Under the pieces are notes generated by a model that ran no database searches, was not told the DNA's origin, and saw nothing but the letters and a program-made list of their open reading frames with translations. From assembly GCF_011045215.1 (NCBI RefSeq), contig NZ_CP049201.1: a stretch of 64,000 nucleotides of DNA. The stretch is one strand, 5' to 3'. Made by a program: the position numbers and the translations under genes. Positions 59,077 through 64,000 of the stretch are shown here, piece by piece. The DNA is from Escherichia coli (GTDB lineage Bacteria > Pseudomonadota > Gammaproteobacteria > Enterobacterales > Enterobacteriaceae). The stretch's first letter is position 1; each line of letters begins with the position of its first letter.

Positions 59077-59240
59077 ATCATCCTTACACTTCATTGGTTA
59101 ATGAAATGTTGATTTTATGCTTCTTTGTTGTTGGTTTCTACTTTAGGAAGGGATAACTAACGGCTATGGAGTTAAGTATGTAAAATAGCCCGCAGAAAAA
59201 TATTCACCTTATCAATAATTCGTTACGGAGAACACGACCG

Positions 59241-60110
59241 ATGCGGACTCTGCAGGGCTGGTTGTTGCCGGTGTTTATGTTGCCTATGGCAGTATATGCA
59301 CAAGAGGCAACGGTGAAAGAGGTGCATGACGCGCCAGCGGTGCGTGGCAGTATTATCGCCAATATGCTGCAGGAGCATGACAATCCGTTCACGCTCTATC
59401 CTTATGACACCAACTACCTCATTTACACCCAAACCAGCGATCTGAATAAAGAAGCGATTGCCAGTTACGACTGGGCGGAAAATGCGCGTAAGGATGAAGT
59501 AAAGTTTCAGTTGAGCCTGGCATTTCCGCTGTGGCGTGGGATTTTAGGCCCGAACTCGGTGTTGGGTGCGTCTTATACGCAAAAATCCTGGTGGCAACTG
59601 TCCAATAGCGAAGAGTCTTCACCGTTTCGTGAAACCAACTACGAACCGCAATTGTTCCTCGGTTTTGCCACCGATTACCGTTTTGCAGGTTGGACGCTGC
59701 GCGATGTGGAGATGGGGTATAACCACGACTCTAACGGGCGTTCAGACCCGACCTCCCGCAGCTGGAACCGCCTTTATACTCGCCTGATGGCAGAAAACGG
59801 TAACTGGCTGGTAGAAGTGAAGCCGTGGTATGTGGTGGGTAATACTGACGATAACCCGGATATCACCAAATATATGGGTTACTACCAGCTTAAAATCGGC
59901 TATCACCTCGGTGATGCGGTGCTCAGTGCGAAAGGACAGTACAACTGGAACACCGGCTACGGCGGCGCGGAGTTAGGCTTAAGTTACCCGATCACCAAAC
60001 ATGTGCGCCTTTATACTCAGGTTTACAGCGGCTATGGCGAATCGCTCATCGACTATAACTTCAACCAGACCCGTGTCGGTGTGGGGGTTATGCTAAACGA
60101 TTTGTTTTGA
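59241..60110 (+). CDS. pldA: Outer-membrane phospholipase A
   Basis: 289 aa with signal peptide, ends in a beta-barrel terminal F, conserved OMPLA sequence. Confidence 0.9.
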   Translation: MRTLQGWLLPVFMLPMAVYAQEATVKEVHDAPAVRGSIIANMLQEHDNPFTLYPYDTNYLIYTQTSDLNKEAIASYDWAENARKDEVKFQLSLAFPLWRGILGPNSVLGASYTQKSWWQLSNSEESSPFRETNYEPQLFLGFATDYRFAGWTLRDVEMGYNHDSNGRSDPTSRSWNRLYTRLMAENGNWLVEVKPWYVVGNTDDNPDITKYMGYYQLKIGYHLGDAVLSAKGQYNWNTGYGGAELGLSYPITKHVRLYTQVYSGYGESLIDYNFNQTRVGVGVMLNDLF

Positions 60111-60242
60111 TGAACGGTTGAGTGGTTGGCAAATCTGGAATCCAGCATCCAGGATTACCCTCTCAGAGACTAAAAGCATTGCAGTTTCTCGCGCAGGCGC
60201 TGAAAATAGCGCCTGTTTTTATTTCAGGCAATCGGGGTGAAT

Positions 60243-62072
60243 GTGGCGCAGGCGGAAGTGTTGAATCTGGAGTCCGGAGCTAAACAGGTTTTACAAGAAA
60301 CCTTTGGCTACCAACAGTTTCGCCCCGGCCAGGAAGAAATTATCGACACTGTGCTTTCCGGTCGCGATTGCCTGGTCGTCATGCCCACCGGTGGCGGAAA
60401 ATCCCTTTGCTATCAAATTCCTGCCTTATTGCTAAACGGCCTTACCGTGGTTGTTTCACCGCTGATTTCGTTGATGAAAGATCAGGTGGATCAACTGCAA
60501 GCCAACGGCGTGGCGGCGGCGTGCCTTAACTCGACGCAAACCCGCGAACAGCAACTTGAAGTGATGACAGGCTGCCGCACCGGGCAAATTCGTCTGCTTT
60601 ATATCGCCCCGGAACGCCTGATGCTGGATAACTTTCTTGAGCATCTGGCGCACTGGAATCCGGTGTTATTAGCCGTTGATGAAGCGCACTGTATCTCCCA
60701 ATGGGGCCACGATTTCCGCCCGGAATATGCCGCGCTCGGTCAGTTGCGCCAGCGGTTCCCGACGCTGCCGTTTATGGCGCTGACCGCCACAGCCGACGAC
60801 ACCACGCGCCAGGATATCGTGCGCCTGCTGGGGCTGAACGATCCGCTGATTCAAATCAGCAGTTTTGACCGTCCGAATATTCGCTACATGCTGATGGAGA
60901 AATTCAAACCGCTCGATCAGTTGATGCGCTACGTGCAGGAACAGCGCGGTAAGTCCGGCATTATCTACTGCAACAGCCGGGCGAAAGTAGAAGACACCGC
61001 TGCGCGCCTGCAAAGCAAGGGTATTAGCGCGGCGGCCTATCATGCCGGGCTGGAAAATAATGTCCGCGCCGACGTGCAGGAGAAATTCCAGCGCGATGAC
61101 CTGCAAATTGTGGTGGCGACGGTGGCGTTCGGCATGGGCATCAATAAACCAAACGTTCGCTTCGTGGTCCACTTTGATATTCCGCGCAATATCGAATCCT
61201 ATTATCAGGAAACCGGTCGCGCCGGGCGTGATGGCCTGCCTGCGGAAGCGATGCTGTTTTACGATCCGGCTGATATGGCGTGGCTGCGCCGTTGTCTGGA
61301 AGAGAAGCCGCAGGGGCAGTTGCAGGATATCGAGCGCCACAAACTCAATGCGATGGGCGCGTTTGCCGAAGCGCAAACTTGCCGTCGTTTGGTATTGCTG
61401 AACTATTTTGGCGAAGGGCGTCAGGAGCCGTGCGGGAACTGCGATATCTGCCTCGATCCGCCGAAACAATACGATGGTTCAACCGATGCTCAGATTGCCC
61501 TTTCCACCATTGGTCGTGTGAATCAGCGGTTTGGGATGGGTTATGTGGTGGAAGTGATTCGTGGTGCTAATAACCAGCGTATCCGCGACTATGGTCATGA
61601 CAAACTGAAAGTCTATGGCATGGGCCGTGATAAAAGCCATGAACATTGGGTGAGCGTGATCCGCCAGCTGATTCACCTCGGCCTGGTGACGCAAAATATT
61701 GCCCAGCATTCTGCCCTACAACTGACAGAGGCCGCGCGCCCGGTGCTGCGCGGCGAATCCTCTTTGCAACTTGCCGTGCCGCGTATCGTGGCGCTCAAAC
61801 CGAAAGCGATGCAGAAATCGTTCGGCGGCAACTATGATCGCAAACTGTTCGCCAAATTACGCAAACTGCGTAAATCGATTGCCGATGAAAGTAATGTCCC
61901 GCCGTACGTGGTGTTTAACGACGCAACCTTGATTGAGATGGCTGAACAGATGCCGATCACCGCCAGCGAAATGCTCAGCGTTAACGGCGTTGGGATGCGC
62001 AAGCTGGAACGCTTTGGTAAACCGTTTATGGCGCTGATTCGTGCGCATGTCGATGGCGACGACGAAGAGTAG
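60243..62072 (+). CDS. recQ: ATP-dependent DNA helicase RecQ
   Basis: 609 aa from GTG giving (M)[29 protein letters not shown]; DEAH helicase, zinc-binding and HRDC regions. Confidence 0.95.
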
Positions 62073-62135
62073 TCAGCAGCATAAAAAAGTGCCAGGATGA
62101 AGACTCCGTAAACGTTTCCCCCGCGAGTCAAATGT

Positions 62136-62756
62136 ATGTTGATGTTATTTCTCACCGTCGCCATGGTGCACATTGTGGCGCTTATGAGTCCCGGTCCCGA
62201 TTTCTTTTTTGTCTCTCAGACCGCTGTCAGTCGTTCCCGTAAAGAAGCGATGATGGGCGTGCTGGGTATTACCTGCGGCGTTATGGTTTGGGCAGGGATT
62301 GCGTTGCTTGGCCTGCATTTGATTATCGAAAAAATGGCCTGGCTGCATACGCTGATTATGGTTGGCGGTGGCCTGTATCTCTGCTGGATGGGTTACCAGA
62401 TGCTGCGCGGCGCGCTGAAAAAAGAGGCGGTTTCTGCACCTGCGCCACAGGTCGAGCTGGCGAAAAGTGGGCGCAGTTTCCTGAAAGGTTTACTGACCAA
62501 TCTCGCTAATCCGAAAGCGATTATCTACTTTGGCTCGGTGTTCTCATTGTTTGTCGGTGATAACGTTGGCACTACCGCGCGCTGGGGCATTTTTGCGCTG
62601 ATCATTGTCGAAACACTGGCGTGGTTTACCGTCGTTGCCAGCCTGTTTGCCCTGCCGCAAATGCGCCGTGGTTATCAACGTCTGGCGAAGTGGATTGATG
62701 GTTTTGCCGGGGCGTTATTTGCCGGATTTGGCATTCATTTGATTATTTCGCGGTGA
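62136..62756 (+). CDS. rhtC: Threonine efflux protein (LysE/RhtB family)
   Basis: 206 aa, 6-TM LysE-type exporter. Confidence 0.9.
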   Translation: MLMLFLTVAMVHIVALMSPGPDFFFVSQTAVSRSRKEAMMGVLGITCGVMVWAGIALLGLHLIIEKMAWLHTLIMVGGGLYLCWMGYQMLRGALKKEAVSAPAPQVELAKSGRSFLKGLLTNLANPKAIIYFGSVFSLFVGDNVGTTARWGIFALIIVETLAWFTVVASLFALPQMRRGYQRLAKWIDGFAGALFAGFGIHLIISR

Positions 62757-62773
62757 TGCCAGACGCGTCTTCA

Positions 62774-62803
62774 GAGTAAGTCGGATAAGGCGTTTACGCC
62801 GCA
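62774..62803. repeat. REP-like palindrome
   Basis: GTCGGATAAGGCGTTTACGCCGCATCCGAC between convergent rhtC and rhtB. Confidence 0.4.
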
Positions 62804-62817
62804 TCCGACATTATTTT

Positions 62818-63438
62818 TCACGCATGCCTCGCCGATGCTAACAGCGCTCCCACCAGCATAAACAACGAGCCGAAAATCTTATTCAGCGCCTTCATCTGCT
62901 TTGGTCCTTTAATCCATAGAGCAATCCGTTGAGCAAGGGTGGCGTAACCGATCATCACAATAATATCGACCACAATAGTGGTGACGCCGAGCACGATATA
63001 CTGCATCAGTTGCGGCTGTTGCGGCATGATGAATTGCGGAAATAGCGCCGCCAGAAACACAATACTTTTGGGATTGGTGAGATTCACAAAAACTGCGCGC
63101 TGGAACAAATGTCGACGCGATTGAGTAGAGGCCAGCGATTTAAGATCAATTGCGCCAGCGGCGCGCCATTGCTGTATTCCCAGCCAAATCAAGTAAGCCG
63201 CGCCTGCCCACTTCAACACTTCAAACGCAATCACTGAGCGGGAAAATAGCGTCCCCAACCCCACGCCAACCAGCACAATATGAATCGCCAGTCCGGTCTG
63301 AAGCCCAGCAATAGACGCCACCGCGCCGCGATAACCGTGGTTGAGCGAGGTGGTCATAGTGTTGATTGCACCAGAGCCTGGCGACAGGCTTAAAATGATT
63401 GATGTCAGTAGGTAGGCAAACCACCATTCTAAGGTCAT
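62818..63438 (-). CDS. rhtB: Homoserine/homoserine-lactone efflux protein
   Basis: 206 aa LysE-family exporter, convergent with rhtC. Confidence 0.9.
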
Positions 63439-63548
63439 GATGAACTCCCGGTGTGTCTATTTTTGTGCCACAATACGCTACTGTCGCAGCGTTGTGTCAG
63501 GCACGCTAAAAAAAACGATTTTACGTGGTTTAAGAGGCAAATTACCCG

Positions 63549-64000
63549 ATGTTTCAGCAGCAAAAAGACTGGGAAACAAGAGAAAACGCGTTTGCTGCTT
63601 TTACCATGGGACCGCTGACTGATTTCTGGCGTCAGCGTGATGAAGCAGAGTTTACTGGTGTGGATGACATTCCGGTGCGCTTTGTCCGTTTTCGCGCACA
63701 GCACCATGACCGGGTGGTAGTCATCTGCCCGGGGCGTATTGAGAGCTACGTAAAATATGCGGAACTGGCCTACGATTTGTTCCATTTGGGGTTTGATGTC
63801 TTAATCATCGACCATCGCGGGCAGGGACGTTCCGGTCGCCTGTTAGCCGATCCGCATCTCGGGCATGTTAATCGCTTTAATGATTATGTTGATGATCTGG
63901 CGGCATTCTGGCAACAGGAGGTCCAGCCCGGTCCGTGGCGTAAACGCTATATACTGGCACATTCGATGGGCGGTGCGATCTCCACATTATTTCTGCAACG
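63549..64000 (+). CDS. pldB: Lysophospholipase L2, 5' portion (runs off the right window edge)
   Basis: MFQQQKDWETRENAFAAFTMGPLTDFWRQRDEAEF...HSMGGAIS (alpha/beta-hydrolase GxSxG). Confidence 0.85.
   Translation, partial: MFQQQKDWETRENAFAAFTMGPLTDFWRQRDEAEFTGVDDIPVRFVRFRAQHHDRVVVICPGRIESYVKYAELAYDLFHLGFDVLIIDHRGQGRSGRLLADPHLGHVNRFNDYVDDLAAFWQQEVQPGPWRKRYILAHSMGGAISTLFLQ

Noticed and set aside
60669-61469. 266-aa minus-strand ORF inside recQ, and similar long antisense ORFs such as 15085-15816 in rep, 7318-7893 in ilvD and 38225-38758 in aslA
   Set aside because: They lie entirely within well-supported conserved genes on the opposite strand and have no independent signal; typical shadow ORFs of GC-rich coding DNA.

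Overview
This window is a largely syntenic Escherichia coli-type core chromosome segment that I recognise gene-by-gene from the translated ORFs. In order it carries comM (5' fragment), ilvLXGMEDA, ilvY, ilvC, ppiC, a yifN-like gene, rep, gppA, rhlB, trxA, rhoL-rho, the enterobacterial common antigen cluster (wecA to wecG), yifK, the argX-hisR-leuT-proM tRNA operon, aslB, aslA, the glmZ sRNA, hemYXDC, cyaA, cyaY, yifL-dapF-yigA-xerC-yigB, uvrD, yigE, corA, yigF, yigG, rarD, yigI, pldA, recQ, rhtC, rhtB and the start of pldB. Two things are not explained by that backbone. (1) The first ~3.35 kb is the right-hand end of a mobile island: a P4-family tyrosine integrase, an AlpA-family regulator, an AntA-like antirepressor and a translationally coupled unknown ORF, all on the minus strand, interrupting comM after about codon 59. 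The island continues past the left window edge, so any cargo system is not visible here. (2) An extra gene between uvrD and yigE encodes a signal-peptide-bearing DUF62 (SAM hydroxide adenosyltransferase / fluorinase-chlorinase fold) protein that I do not recall at this position in K-12. ilvG is full length (548 aa), so this is not a K-12 lineage. No CRISPR array, IS element or rRNA was found. All comparisons to K-12 are from memory and should be confirmed by alignment.
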